DNA of 64,000 nucleotides, from contig OY969622.1 in assembly GCA_963701665.1 (NCBI GenBank), forward strand, positions 505,159-569,158, given 5' to 3'. Of the stretch, positions 36,881 through 45,950 are shown in pieces. A program made the translations under genes and the position numbers. The stretch is from Candidatus Babeliales bacterium. GTDB taxonomy: Bacteria > Babelota > Babeliae > Babelales > JANWKD01. Each line of letters begins with the position of its first letter. The first letter of the stretch is position 1. The notes beneath the pieces were generated by a model that had not been told where the DNA came from, did not search any database, and saw nothing but the letters and a program-made list of their open reading frames with translations.

Positions 36881-38287
36881 TTGATTGCAGATACTGTTTT
36901 TAAGCAATATGATCTTCGTGGCATCATTGGCACCGATTTTCCTCTTGAAGATGTGTATGATCTTGGCAAAGCGATCGCGGTTTATTTTATAACGCGTGCG
37001 CAAGGTGTTAAAACGATCGCGATCGGCGCTGATGGCAGAATCCACTCGCCCATGATTAAAGAAAAATTATGTGCCGCGCTGCAAGATGCTGGGTTAAATG
37101 TAGTATTCATTGGCGTTTGTCCAACGCCCGTTCTTTATTTTTCTCTTTTTATGCAACCGGTGCAAGCAGGGTTAATGATCACCGCGTCTCATAATGGTAA
37201 AGAATATAACGGCATAAAAATCTGTTTGCATAAAGAGTCAGTTTGGGGCGAAGCAATACAAGATATCAAAAAGCTCTATGTTGATCGCATTGCTATAACG
37301 GCGCCAAAACGCGGCGACTATAAAGAACACCTGCTTATTCCTGAATACATTCAATGGCTTAGTGATCATTTTACTCATTTGAAAGGCATGAATATTTCCG
37401 CAGTGATTGATTGTGGCAATGGTGCAGCTGGCACCGTGCTTCCAGAATTAATTAAAGTTATGCAGTGGCCGCGGGTGCAATTATTATATGCTGAAGTTGA
37501 TGGCACCTATCCACATCATGAAGCTGATCCTACCGTTCCTGAAAATATGCAGGATGTTAAACATATTCTTGCGACAACGGAGGTGCAACTTGGCATTGGG
37601 CTTGATGGCGATTGCGATAGAATGGCGCCCATGACAAAAGCAGGGAAGTTAATACAAGGCGATGTGCTCTTGGCGTTATTTGCGCGTGAAATGCTCAAAA
37701 AGCATCCTCATGCGCCAATAGTATTTGATATAAAATGTTCCTCAGGTTTGCAGGAGCTTCTTGAACAATGGGATGCGCAACCAATTATGTCGCCCTCGGG
37801 GCATTCTATTATTAAAAATCAAATGAAGGAACATCATGCACTTCTTGCCGGGGAATTAAGTTGTCATTTCTTTTTTAAAGATCGTTATTTTGGCTATGAT
37901 GATGGCATCTATGCGCTGTTACGTCTTTTTGAGCTTTTGCTTGCGTCTGGTAAAAGCCTCGATGAGCTTGTAAAGTTATTCCCTCAACGCTATAGTACGC
38001 CAGAAATCCGTCTGGCATGTTCCCAAAACACAAAAGAGCTCATGATGCCGGCTTTAGAAAAAAGTTTTTCAAAAATACCCGGTGCAGATGTAATGACGAT
38101 CGATGGTGTTCGTGTTACAATGAAGCATGGATGGGGTATGGTGCGCGCCTCCAACACGCAACCAGTTATGTGTTTTCGTTTTGAGGCAGACTCGCCAGAA
38201 GCACTCTCTTCCATAAAAAAAATGTTTATTGATCAAGTATCACCTTATTTTGACGAGCAAGCGTTAAAAGTGCTTTCTACTGCATGA
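36881..38287 (+). CDS. Phosphomannomutase/phosphoglucomutase (alpha-D-phosphohexomutase)
   Basis: TASHNGKEYNGIK active-site loop, GLDGDCDR metal loop and GELSCH sugar loop. TTG start follows aaggaa. Confidence 0.85.
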   Translation: MIADTVFKQYDLRGIIGTDFPLEDVYDLGKAIAVYFITRAQGVKTIAIGADGRIHSPMIKEKLCAALQDAGLNVVFIGVCPTPVLYFSLFMQPVQAGLMITASHNGKEYNGIKICLHKESVWGEAIQDIKKLYVDRIAITAPKRGDYKEHLLIPEYIQWLSDHFTHLKGMNISAVIDCGNGAAGTVLPELIKVMQWPRVQLLYAEVDGTYPHHEADPTVPENMQDVKHILATTEVQLGIGLDGDCDRMAPMTKAGKLIQGDVLLALFAREMLKKHPHAPIVFDIKCSSGLQELLEQWDAQPIMSPSGHSIIKNQMKEHHALLAGELSCHFFFKDRYFGYDDGIYALLRLFELLLASGKSLDELVKLFPQRYSTPEIRLACSQNTKELMMPALEKSFSKIPGADVMTIDGVRVTMKHGWGMVRASNTQPVMCFRFEADSPEALSSIKKMFIDQVSPYFDEQALKVLSTA

Positions 38288-39117
38288 AAAAAATTGGATT
38301 ACATTTACGCCAACTGACTACCGTTGTTGATATTATTCATCAAGCCTTTCGGCTTAAAATACCTTTTTTTCAATGTTTTTTATCGCAACCAAAGCTGAAA
38401 AGTAATAGTGTTTTTGAATCCTTAAAAAAAGAGCAACTCAAGCAATGCAACCTTTTAATGCATGAGTACGGATTAAAAGGGTATGTGCATGCATCGTATG
38501 CGATTAATCTTGCAAGTGGCGTAAGCGATGCCAGTGAGTTTTATTTAAAAAAGGAACTTTATCTTGCGCGTCAAGCAGGTTTTTCAGAAATAATTTTGCA
38601 TCCTGGGTCTGCAACGGGATGCCAAGAGCGTGTGCAAGGTATTGATAACGTGGTTAGGCGATTAAATATGCTGCTCAAAAAAGAGCATACTATAAAAGTC
38701 GTATTAGAAAATGCTGCTTTTGGTGCTCACACAATTGGCGGTGATCTATTAGATTTTCAGATGATTCGCCAAAAGCTGGATCATCCTGAAAAAGTAGGCT
38801 TTTGCATCGATACTGCGCATGCGTTTGTCTACGGTTACAACATCGCAGACGCTGACGAACAACAAAAATTTATTGCGTTGATTGAACAAACGATAGGATT
38901 TGATGCGCTCTCGTTGATTCATTTAAATGATACGAGCGAGTGTTTAAGTAGCAAACGTGATCGCCATGATATTATTGGCGAGGGCAATATTGGTGCGCGT
39001 GCGCTGCAATCATTTATTAATCATGCAACAATAAAATCGGTGCCTATTGTGCTGGAATTGCCTGTTTTGCCTGAAGAAGAACAAAAAGCTATACTGCATA
39101 CCATTAATTCATGGTAG
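38284..39117 (+). CDS. nfo: Endonuclease IV (AP endonuclease family 2)
   Basis: HASYAINLAS, ILHPGS, VLENAA, CIDTAHAF and HLNDT motifs. 4-bp overlap with the upstream gene. Confidence 0.8.
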   Translation: MKKIGLHLRQLTTVVDIIHQAFRLKIPFFQCFLSQPKLKSNSVFESLKKEQLKQCNLLMHEYGLKGYVHASYAINLASGVSDASEFYLKKELYLARQAGFSEIILHPGSATGCQERVQGIDNVVRRLNMLLKKEHTIKVVLENAAFGAHTIGGDLLDFQMIRQKLDHPEKVGFCIDTAHAFVYGYNIADADEQQKFIALIEQTIGFDALSLIHLNDTSECLSSKRDRHDIIGEGNIGARALQSFINHATIKSVPIVLELPVLPEEEQKAILHTINSW

Positions 39118-39162
39118 TTTATTAACACTATTTTTATAAAGGTGGCGGCGAATTGCCACAAC

Positions 39163-39268
39163 GTCATCCCGAGGCGCGAAACGCCGTGGGGATCCAGAAT
39201 TTAATAAATCCTTAGGGAATAATTTTAATTATTGGATTGCCACGCCAACATAGTTGGCTCGCAATGAC
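39163..39268. repeat. Palindromic MITE-like repeat, copy D
   Basis: gtcatcccgaggcgcgaaacgccgtggggatcc...ggattgccacgcc...ggctcgcaatgac. Confidence 0.8.
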
Positions 39269-39334
39269 GATTTTTGCTTTTTAAGTAATGTTAGAATTTC
39301 GTATACATTTTTTATTGTTTTGATGAGGGTTGAA

Positions 39335-40336
39335 ATGCGTATAGCAATTAATGGCTTTGGGCGAATTGGTAAAAACTTTTTACGCACTATCTTGCAAGAT
39401 GCTCAGGCGAAAAAAAAAATTACTGTTGTTGCGATTAATATAGGTCCTTCAGATAAAACATTAGTTGCTCATCAATTTAAATACGACACGCTCATGGGAA
39501 CGTATCAGGGAAATGTTTCTATGCAAGGCGATAATTTGGTAATCGATTCATTAAAAATTCCTATTTTAGCGCAAGCGCAAGCGCAAGATCTCCCTTGGAA
39601 AGCCATGAATATTGATTGGGTTGTTGATTGTTCGGGACATTATACAAAGCGAGAAAAAGCTGAACAGCATATCAAAGCTGGAGCAAAAAAAGTACTTATT
39701 TCAGCACCAGCACATGGCGATGATGTTACCATTATTCCTGGCGTCAATAACGAGGCGTATGATGCAGCAAAACATGTTATAGTTTCTTTGGGCAGTTGCA
39801 CCACTAATGCTTTTTTACCCATGTTGAGTGTTCTAGATAAAAATTTTAATCTAAAAAAAATCTTTATGGTGACAACGCACGCGTATACTAATACGCAAGC
39901 ATTGCTCGATGTTGATACCGGAGACGCGCGTCGATCGCGCGCAGCCGCGCTCAATATTGTGCCCTCGACAACGGGTGCAACCTCAACCGTAGGCAAAGTT
40001 CTCCCTCGTTTAGGGCCGCTCGTTCAGGGAATTTCCATTCGCGTGCCAGTGGCAAAAGTCTCATTACTTGATATTACTTTTGAAGCCGGTAAAGAAGTTT
40101 CGATTGATGCGCTCAACAATGCTTTTGAACAAGCAGCAAAAACTGAGCCATTGCGCGGGATTTTAACAACAACAAAAGAGGAATTAGTTTCATCAGATTT
40201 TAATAACAATCCTCATTCGGTGATTGTTGATGAGACGTTGACGCAAGCAATGGGAACTATGGGCAAAGTTTTTGGCTGGTATGATAACGAGTGGGGTTAT
40301 AGCGAGCGTTTAAAAGATTTTTTAATGACGATATAA
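39335..40336 (+). CDS. gap: Glyceraldehyde-3-phosphate dehydrogenase
   Basis: MRIAINGFGRIG Rossmann start, SCTTN active site and WYDNEWGYS. The track ORF start at 39254 lies inside repeat D and is rejected. Confidence 0.9.
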   Translation: MRIAINGFGRIGKNFLRTILQDAQAKKKITVVAINIGPSDKTLVAHQFKYDTLMGTYQGNVSMQGDNLVIDSLKIPILAQAQAQDLPWKAMNIDWVVDCSGHYTKREKAEQHIKAGAKKVLISAPAHGDDVTIIPGVNNEAYDAAKHVIVSLGSCTTNAFLPMLSVLDKNFNLKKIFMVTTHAYTNTQALLDVDTGDARRSRAAALNIVPSTTGATSTVGKVLPRLGPLVQGISIRVPVAKVSLLDITFEAGKEVSIDALNNAFEQAAKTEPLRGILTTTKEELVSSDFNNNPHSVIVDETLTQAMGTMGKVFGWYDNEWGYSERLKDFLMTI

Positions 40337-40409
40337 GTTTACTTGTTTTTTCGCTTTTATTTCTGATAATTACTTGTTTAAATTATGAGATCATTATTGG
40401 AAGGTGAGT

Positions 40410-42383
40410 ATGAAAATTCTGAAGCTACTGTTTTTTCTTATTATTTGGTACTTTCCTAATTTATTAGGGGTAAATGTACATATAATACCGATATTTTATG
40501 ATAAACAAGCGCAAAAAACGTATGGTTTATTTGTTCATAAGATGGAAGAGCCAGCTGAAGATTGGTCTTCTATTAAAATTATTTCGAGAATGACGGCTGG
40601 ATATAGTGATATACAAAACAGATTGCATGAAATCCTGGGGAATCTCTATGATCAGTTTCAGTTTGATTATCAATTTCATATTGAGTTTGCCCTTAGGGAT
40701 CAACAGGCATATTTTATTCCTGCTAAGAAATTTATTTCAGCAACAGCATTAAATGCTTTACCCAAAAAAGAAATTGATGGATTTATATGGTTAGATTTGG
40801 ACGAATTGGCTAGACAGGATAAAGATTCACCAAAAACATTTATGTTTGGTGGAAAGCAATACTTTATTAATAAGGAAGACTCAGGATTTAGTTATCATTT
40901 TGTGTTGAAATGGAAATATGATGAGTTTGCGAAGTCTGAACTACAAAAATACATCGATTTTATGAAAACCCAGCCTGCACAAAAAGTAACATCGCAAGGT
41001 GCAGGAGGGATACCTCAAGATGTTCAACCGGAACCGTATCAACCTCAGATTCCTTCCCAACGTGAGGTTCTTTATCCCAAGGATGTTAGACCAGAAGATA
41101 AATTTTATTATGACGCTGTAAGTAATGCTCCGAGTAAATTATTGCAAAATATAAAAATCGCTAAAGAACGCGGGACGTTGAATAATTTTATTGGCGGCGC
41201 TTATGGCGTACGCCAAACGGCATTGACAAAGAGTTTGATTGATCATGGTAACCCCATAATTATTAAAATTTTATTAGAAAATGGCGCTAATTCTAATCTG
41301 GCTGATGCTGCAGGAAATTCGCCAATCTATTGGGCGATATTTAGAAATCGCCCTAAAGAGACTATCGCATTATTATTACAACATGGTGCAAATCCAAATG
41401 TGAAAATTGAGACTCAAGATGCTTCTGGTCAAGTTTCACGAAAACCATTAATCGATATTGTTCAAGATGAAAACGTTAAAAAATTATTAGAATACTATAT
41501 AAATAATCCTGTTAAGCCTTCTATAGTTCCAACTGCACCTATTGCCAATGACGTGATCAGGACATTGCAGCAATTAATATTTTCCCTACGCCAACTACAA
41601 CAAAAAATTAACGAATTACCTCAATCGCAGAAAGAACCTGAAGCGTTAGGAAAAGTTGTAGGTGGAGAAACACCGTATCAAATATTAGGTATATCACCGC
41701 AAGCAACGCCGCAAGAAATTAAAAAAGCGTATTTTAAGGCTGCTCAAAAATGGCATCCCGATAAATGGGCTAAGGCTTCTCCAGCTGAACAGGAGCAAGC
41801 TGGAATAATGTTTGATAAAATCAAGAATGCTTATGAAGAGCTTACAAACCCGCAAAAAATTAGTTCTTCCGTAAAAAAGGGAGAATATACTTCGCAAGCT
41901 GAAGAATTAGTTGAAAAAACTCTCGCGAGTCAAGAAGAAGCACTCGGCATAAGGATTGTAGTATTGAACAAATACACTACGCCTATTTTGGGTGATTTAA
42001 ATCTGGGTATTCAAGGTTCATTGTCTGAATTTAAAAAAGCAGCAAAGAAAAATGATCAAAGTGCTATGAATCGAACATTTAAAGTTATACAAGAGCAACT
42101 AACTTCAGTTAATGATTTTATGCGTCAAGTTAATGATTATATTGTAAAACAATATCCAGCAAGCAAAACATTAAGATCAGATGTATTTGCTGATGCATTT
42201 AAAGAGTTTATAGCGGTCCTTGTGAAGAATGGATTAAGAAAAAAGTTCATTAATAAAAATAAAGCTGCCGCAATGAAATTGGCGGGATTATTTAAGAATT
42301 TTTTTGAAAATAATAGTTTTTTTGATACCGATTTTATGCAAAGAAGGTACACTAATAAAATTATGAAAACTCTGAATGCTTGA
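40410..42383 (+). CDS. Secreted multidomain protein: N-terminal module shared with the NADAR protein, ankyrin repeats and a J domain (HPD)
   Basis: Has a signal peptide. Ankyrin repeats NGANSNLADAAGNSPIYWA and LLLQHGANPNV. J domain PYQILGISPQATPQEIKKAYFKAAQKWHPDKW. Confidence 0.75.
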   Translation: MKILKLLFFLIIWYFPNLLGVNVHIIPIFYDKQAQKTYGLFVHKMEEPAEDWSSIKIISRMTAGYSDIQNRLHEILGNLYDQFQFDYQFHIEFALRDQQAYFIPAKKFISATALNALPKKEIDGFIWLDLDELARQDKDSPKTFMFGGKQYFINKEDSGFSYHFVLKWKYDEFAKSELQKYIDFMKTQPAQKVTSQGAGGIPQDVQPEPYQPQIPSQREVLYPKDVRPEDKFYYDAVSNAPSKLLQNIKIAKERGTLNNFIGGAYGVRQTALTKSLIDHGNPIIIKILLENGANSNLADAAGNSPIYWAIFRNRPKETIALLLQHGANPNVKIETQDASGQVSRKPLIDIVQDENVKKLLEYYINNPVKPSIVPTAPIANDVIRTLQQLIFSLRQLQQKINELPQSQKEPEALGKVVGGETPYQILGISPQATPQEIKKAYFKAAQKWHPDKWAKASPAEQEQAGIMFDKIKNAYEELTNPQKISSSVKKGEYTSQAEELVEKTLASQEEALGIRIVVLNKYTTPILGDLNLGIQGSLSEFKKAAKKNDQSAMNRTFKVIQEQLTSVNDFMRQVNDYIVKQYPASKTLRSDVFADAFKEFIAVLVKNGLRKKFINKNKAAAMKLAGLFKNFFENNSFFDTDFMQRRYTNKIMKTLNA

Positions 42384-42413
42384 TGCCTAAAAGATCTTTG
42401 ATAGGGGGATATA

Positions 42414-42444
42414 AAAATAGCCGCTTTAAAAGCGGCTATTTTTC
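42414..42444 (+). terminator. Rho-independent terminator
   Basis: Stem aatagccgc / gcggctatt followed by ttt. Confidence 0.7.
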
Positions 42445-42557
42445 ATCTTAAAAAGCTGTAAACTTGAAGAATGCTCTTCACATATTTCGTTTTTTGCCGT
42501 ACGCTAAGAATCGTGATTTTTTTGAATTTCCTTTCTTTTTTCTATCAAAAAAATCGT

Positions 42558-42634
42558 GGGCCCATAGCTCAGTCGGTTAGAGCAGTCGGCTCATAACCGA
42601 AAGGTCCCAGGTTCGAGTCCTGGTGGGCCCACCA
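42558..42634 (+). tRNA. tRNA with CAT anticodon (elongator Met or lysidine-modified Ile2; not initiator)
   Basis: Cloverleaf with acceptor gggccca/tgggccc and anticodon loop ctCATaa. The cggCTCATAAccg context resembles Ile2 tRNAs. G1-C72 are paired, so it is not an initiator. Confidence 0.85.
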
Positions 42635-42664
42635 GCGGATAGTTTTGCAATAGTAAGGCTTTTC

Positions 42665-43369
42665 ATGAGCGAGTTTCCCTTTCAGAAGTTTATTAAGCTT
42701 GTTGAGTTTGACCAAGGCATTCGATTACTTGATCAACAAAAAGCAACCGTGCAATCTGAAATTGCGGACCATGAATCACATCTCAAAAAACTTTCTGATG
42801 AACTTGATGTTGCAAAGCGGCATCAAGATGCAATGCAACGAGAAGTTACTCGGTATGAGCAAGAGATGGCAGATTTGGTTGCAAAACAGCGGGAAAAGGA
42901 GCAGCTCCTCGATCGTACGACCAACGCTCGTGAAAGTCGTTCAGTTTACCAAGAAATAGAAACAGTGAAAGTGAAACAGTTTCAGCTTGAAGAGCAGGTT
43001 TTATCTGCCTGGAATAAGCTTGAAAATAGTCAGCGCGATTACCAGCAGCTTAAACAGAAGATTGATGAAAAAATTACGGCTGAGCAAAGCGCTCTTGATC
43101 AAGCACAGCAAAAACTGCAAACACTTATTTCTACTATTGAGCAGGATTTAAAAAAGAGTACGGAAATGCAAGAGGGCATTCCCGTTGAATGGCTCGAAAA
43201 ATATGAGATCATGCGGCGTACTGTTTCAAATCCTGTTGTCCCCGTTAAAAACAATAGTTGCAGTGCTTGCTTTTATCCCATCATTGCGCAAGATTTGGCA
43301 CGGCTTAGGCATCACGCCTTACTTCAATGCAAAGATTGTTATCGTTTTCTTTATATGGAAACTCTATGA
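42665..43369 (+). CDS. Coiled-coil C4 zinc-ribbon protein (COG1579/DUF164, HP0958/CT398-like)
   Basis: Long coiled coil followed by C.AC...(x)...CKDC. Start MSEFPFQKF at 42665. Confidence 0.7.
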   Translation: MSEFPFQKFIKLVEFDQGIRLLDQQKATVQSEIADHESHLKKLSDELDVAKRHQDAMQREVTRYEQEMADLVAKQREKEQLLDRTTNARESRSVYQEIETVKVKQFQLEEQVLSAWNKLENSQRDYQQLKQKIDEKITAEQSALDQAQQKLQTLISTIEQDLKKSTEMQEGIPVEWLEKYEIMRRTVSNPVVPVKNNSCSACFYPIIAQDLARLRHHALLQCKDCYRFLYMETL

Positions 43370-43890
43370 AGCAGTTAAGTTTTTTATCACTTCCTGTCGA
43401 GAGCGAACCGGCACAAACTCCTCACGATACTACATCATACGTATGGAAATTATATATTGATGGTGCATCACGTAAAAATCCTGGCACTGCCGGTGCAGGT
43501 ATATATTTGCTCAAAGATGATTTAGCCGTGGTAAAAAAAGGGTTTTTTTTAGGAAATAAGACGAATAATCAAGCAGAATATCTGGCTTTGCTGCTGGGTG
43601 TTTTTTATGCAAAAAAATATGTACAACATAACGATACACTGCATATCTTTTCAGATTCTGAATTGCTCGTGAATCATATGAAAGCTGAATATAAAATCAG
43701 AAATGCTGATTTGAAAATGCTCTATGATTTGGCTTTTGTGCTTTTACATGGCATGCGCTATTCATTTTGCCATATTTTACGCGAGTATAATGTTCATGCA
43801 GATTATTTAGCAAATGTAGGTATCGATAAAAAAGTTAAAGTTCCTCACGAATTTTTAGCTCTACTGCACAACCATGGCATCCAGATTTAA
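43366..43890 (+). CDS. rnhA: Ribonuclease HI
   Basis: YIDGASRKNPG, NNQAEY, SDSELL and NVHADYLAN carry the DEDD residues. ATGA overlap with the upstream stop. Confidence 0.8.
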   Translation: MKQLSFLSLPVESEPAQTPHDTTSYVWKLYIDGASRKNPGTAGAGIYLLKDDLAVVKKGFFLGNKTNNQAEYLALLLGVFYAKKYVQHNDTLHIFSDSELLVNHMKAEYKIRNADLKMLYDLAFVLLHGMRYSFCHILREYNVHADYLANVGIDKKVKVPHEFLALLHNHGIQI

Positions 43891-45136
43891 GTTCATTTTT
43901 TCAATTCTTCTTCTGTTTGGGTATTGTTTTCATATTACAGCCAAACAATCATTTTTTAAAAGAATTTTTTCAAGAAACAAAACAGAGATCATACCCGAAG
44001 TAACAGTGACCGAGTTAAAAAATTCAGTTGCTGTATCTGAACCCAAGATATCTGAAGAGAAGCTTATCGATCATACCATTCGCGTGCTTCTTATAGAAAC
44101 ACAGGACGAATCTTCGTGGCAACTGTCTGCATCACAGGGTTTTGTTATTACCGATGGCTTTACGCATAAAAAAAAACGAACCCCACAAACGGTCATAGAG
44201 CTTGGATACAAAGATTCTACGTTGATGTTGAATGGCAGACGTATTAAAGAAACATACCTCAAAATTGATGCACAAAAAGGGCATATAATTTCATTTAATG
44301 GAAAAGAATATCAAGGTTCTTTGATCGTGATGATTATTGAAAATAAATGCCTTATTATTAATCAACTTAATTTTGAGGATTATATTTATTGTGTGTTGCG
44401 ATCGGAAAGTTGGCCTGGATGGCCGGTTGAGGTGAACAAAGCTTTTGCTATTGCCTCTCGCAGTTATGCGATGGTTAAATATCTTGAAAATATTAAAAAA
44501 AAGAAACCATACCACATAAAAAACTCAAATGTTCATCAGACCTATAATGGTTTTCATACCAATGCAAATTTGAAAAAAGCGGTCGATGAAACATCGGGTG
44601 TTATTTTAACGCATAATAAAAAACCGATTATTGCAATGTTTGATTGTTGTTGTGGTGATATAATTCCCGCGCATTTAACGACGATCGATCTTGAAAAGGC
44701 TCCGTATTTGGCGCGCAAAGTTCCCTGTACATTTTGTAAATCGAGCAAAATATATCAATGGCAGTTAGAATTCGAAGTGCAAGAATTAAAAGATATCTTA
44801 AATAATTCAGGTTTTAATATTATCGCTATTCATGATATGTATGTATCAAAAAAAGATAAAGCCGGTGCCGTTGAAGAAATTACCGTCAAAGATCATGGCA
44901 CCCATCATTATATTACTGGCAAGCAGCTCTATGCGATGTTAAGTAAGGTCAAAAGTTTTTGCTATTCGATACGTAAACGAGGGAAAAAAATTACGCTCGC
45001 AGGTAAAGGATATGGCCACCATTTAGGCATGTGCCAGTGGGGCGCGCGTAATATGATCAATTATGGGTGGAATTATCAATCAATTTTGCAATTCTATTAC
45101 CCAGGCACAACATTCATGAGATTGGCATATGCATAG
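43874..45136 (+). CDS. SpoIID/LytB domain protein
   Basis: EDYIYCVLRSE...NKAFAIASRSYA, QTYNG, and GHHLGMCQWGARNM. Has a signal peptide. Confidence 0.8.
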   Translation: MASRFKFIFSILLLFGYCFHITAKQSFFKRIFSRNKTEIIPEVTVTELKNSVAVSEPKISEEKLIDHTIRVLLIETQDESSWQLSASQGFVITDGFTHKKKRTPQTVIELGYKDSTLMLNGRRIKETYLKIDAQKGHIISFNGKEYQGSLIVMIIENKCLIINQLNFEDYIYCVLRSESWPGWPVEVNKAFAIASRSYAMVKYLENIKKKKPYHIKNSNVHQTYNGFHTNANLKKAVDETSGVILTHNKKPIIAMFDCCCGDIIPAHLTTIDLEKAPYLARKVPCTFCKSSKIYQWQLEFEVQELKDILNNSGFNIIAIHDMYVSKKDKAGAVEEITVKDHGTHHYITGKQLYAMLSKVKSFCYSIRKRGKKITLAGKGYGHHLGMCQWGARNMINYGWNYQSILQFYYPGTTFMRLAYA

Positions 45137-45348
45137 CGCGAATTTGATAAATTAAATTTGGCCGTGCGAAGAAACATTGAAAACAAAATTGTCATTGCGA
45201 ACCTACGAAGCCTTGGCGAAGTAGGTGTGGCAACCCAGCTTATAAAATTAGTTCCTTTAAGGAATTATTAAAGTTCTGGGTCCCCACGGCTAAAGCCTCG
45301 GGATGACATTCTCGCTGACTTATGTCACTTTATACGAAATTGCGTTAA
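45137..45348. repeat. Palindromic MITE-like repeat, copy E with outer arms (inverted relative to copy B)
   Basis: Core gtcattgcgaacc...cctcgggatgac at 45191-45307. The flanks aacattgaaaacaaaatt and attctcgctgactta are the reverse complements of copy B's flanks. The outer arm starts right after the stop codon at 45134-45136. Confidence 0.8.
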
Positions 45349-45370
45349 ATAATCGAAAGGTACAAAGGAC

Positions 45371-45835
45371 ATGCCAAGTTATAAGGGGCATCTAATAGGT
45401 GGTTTTTTTGTATTCCTAGCAGTACTTTGGGTTGTATGTTTATATATGAAACCCTCGCTTTTTACCTGCTTTGAATGGGGTATGTGCTGCTTACTTGGTT
45501 CGTTATTTCCTGATATTGATATTAAGAGTAAGGGGCAGAAAATCTTTTATAGGGTTCTTTGCCTAGCCCTTATCGTTTTAATTATTCAAAAAAAGGTGAA
45601 AATAGCTCTTTTTCTCTGTCTAATCTCATTTATACCTCTTCTGGTAAGGCATAGAGGCCTATGCCATAATATCCTCTTTATACTAGGGGTTCCCCTGGCA
45701 TTCTTCCTAGGTATACGCTCGTTTGCCCCTGCTTTGGCAGGTATTTTAGTCGGAGACCTCTTATTTTTTACCCTGGGGGCAATTTCCCACCTATGGCTTG
45801 ATAAGGGCTTTATGGCCATTTTCAGGGTACGGTAG
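45371..45835 (+). CDS. Membrane-bound metal-dependent hydrolase (YdjM/DUF457-like)
   Basis: 154 aa with four hydrophobic helices, N-terminal GHL and conserved His/Asp (LFPDIDIKS, HRGLCHN). Confidence 0.5.
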   Translation: MPSYKGHLIGGFFVFLAVLWVVCLYMKPSLFTCFEWGMCCLLGSLFPDIDIKSKGQKIFYRVLCLALIVLIIQKKVKIALFLCLISFIPLLVRHRGLCHNILFILGVPLAFFLGIRSFAPALAGILVGDLLFFTLGAISHLWLDKGFMAIFRVR

Positions 45836-45950
45836 GGTCAAAAAGACTGAATAATAGCTGTTTTTACCATATAATTATTCTAATAGAATTTGATATATTT
45901 TAAAATTCATGATAAAATTCCTATATATGTATATTAATAAAGGAATGAGT

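Noticed and set aside
7406-45307. The possibility that the recurring palindromic sequences form a CRISPR array.
   Set aside because: The copies are dispersed kilobases apart, about 100-200 bp long, in both orientations, without regular spacers and with no cas genes. They are interspersed MITE-like repeats, not a CRISPR array.
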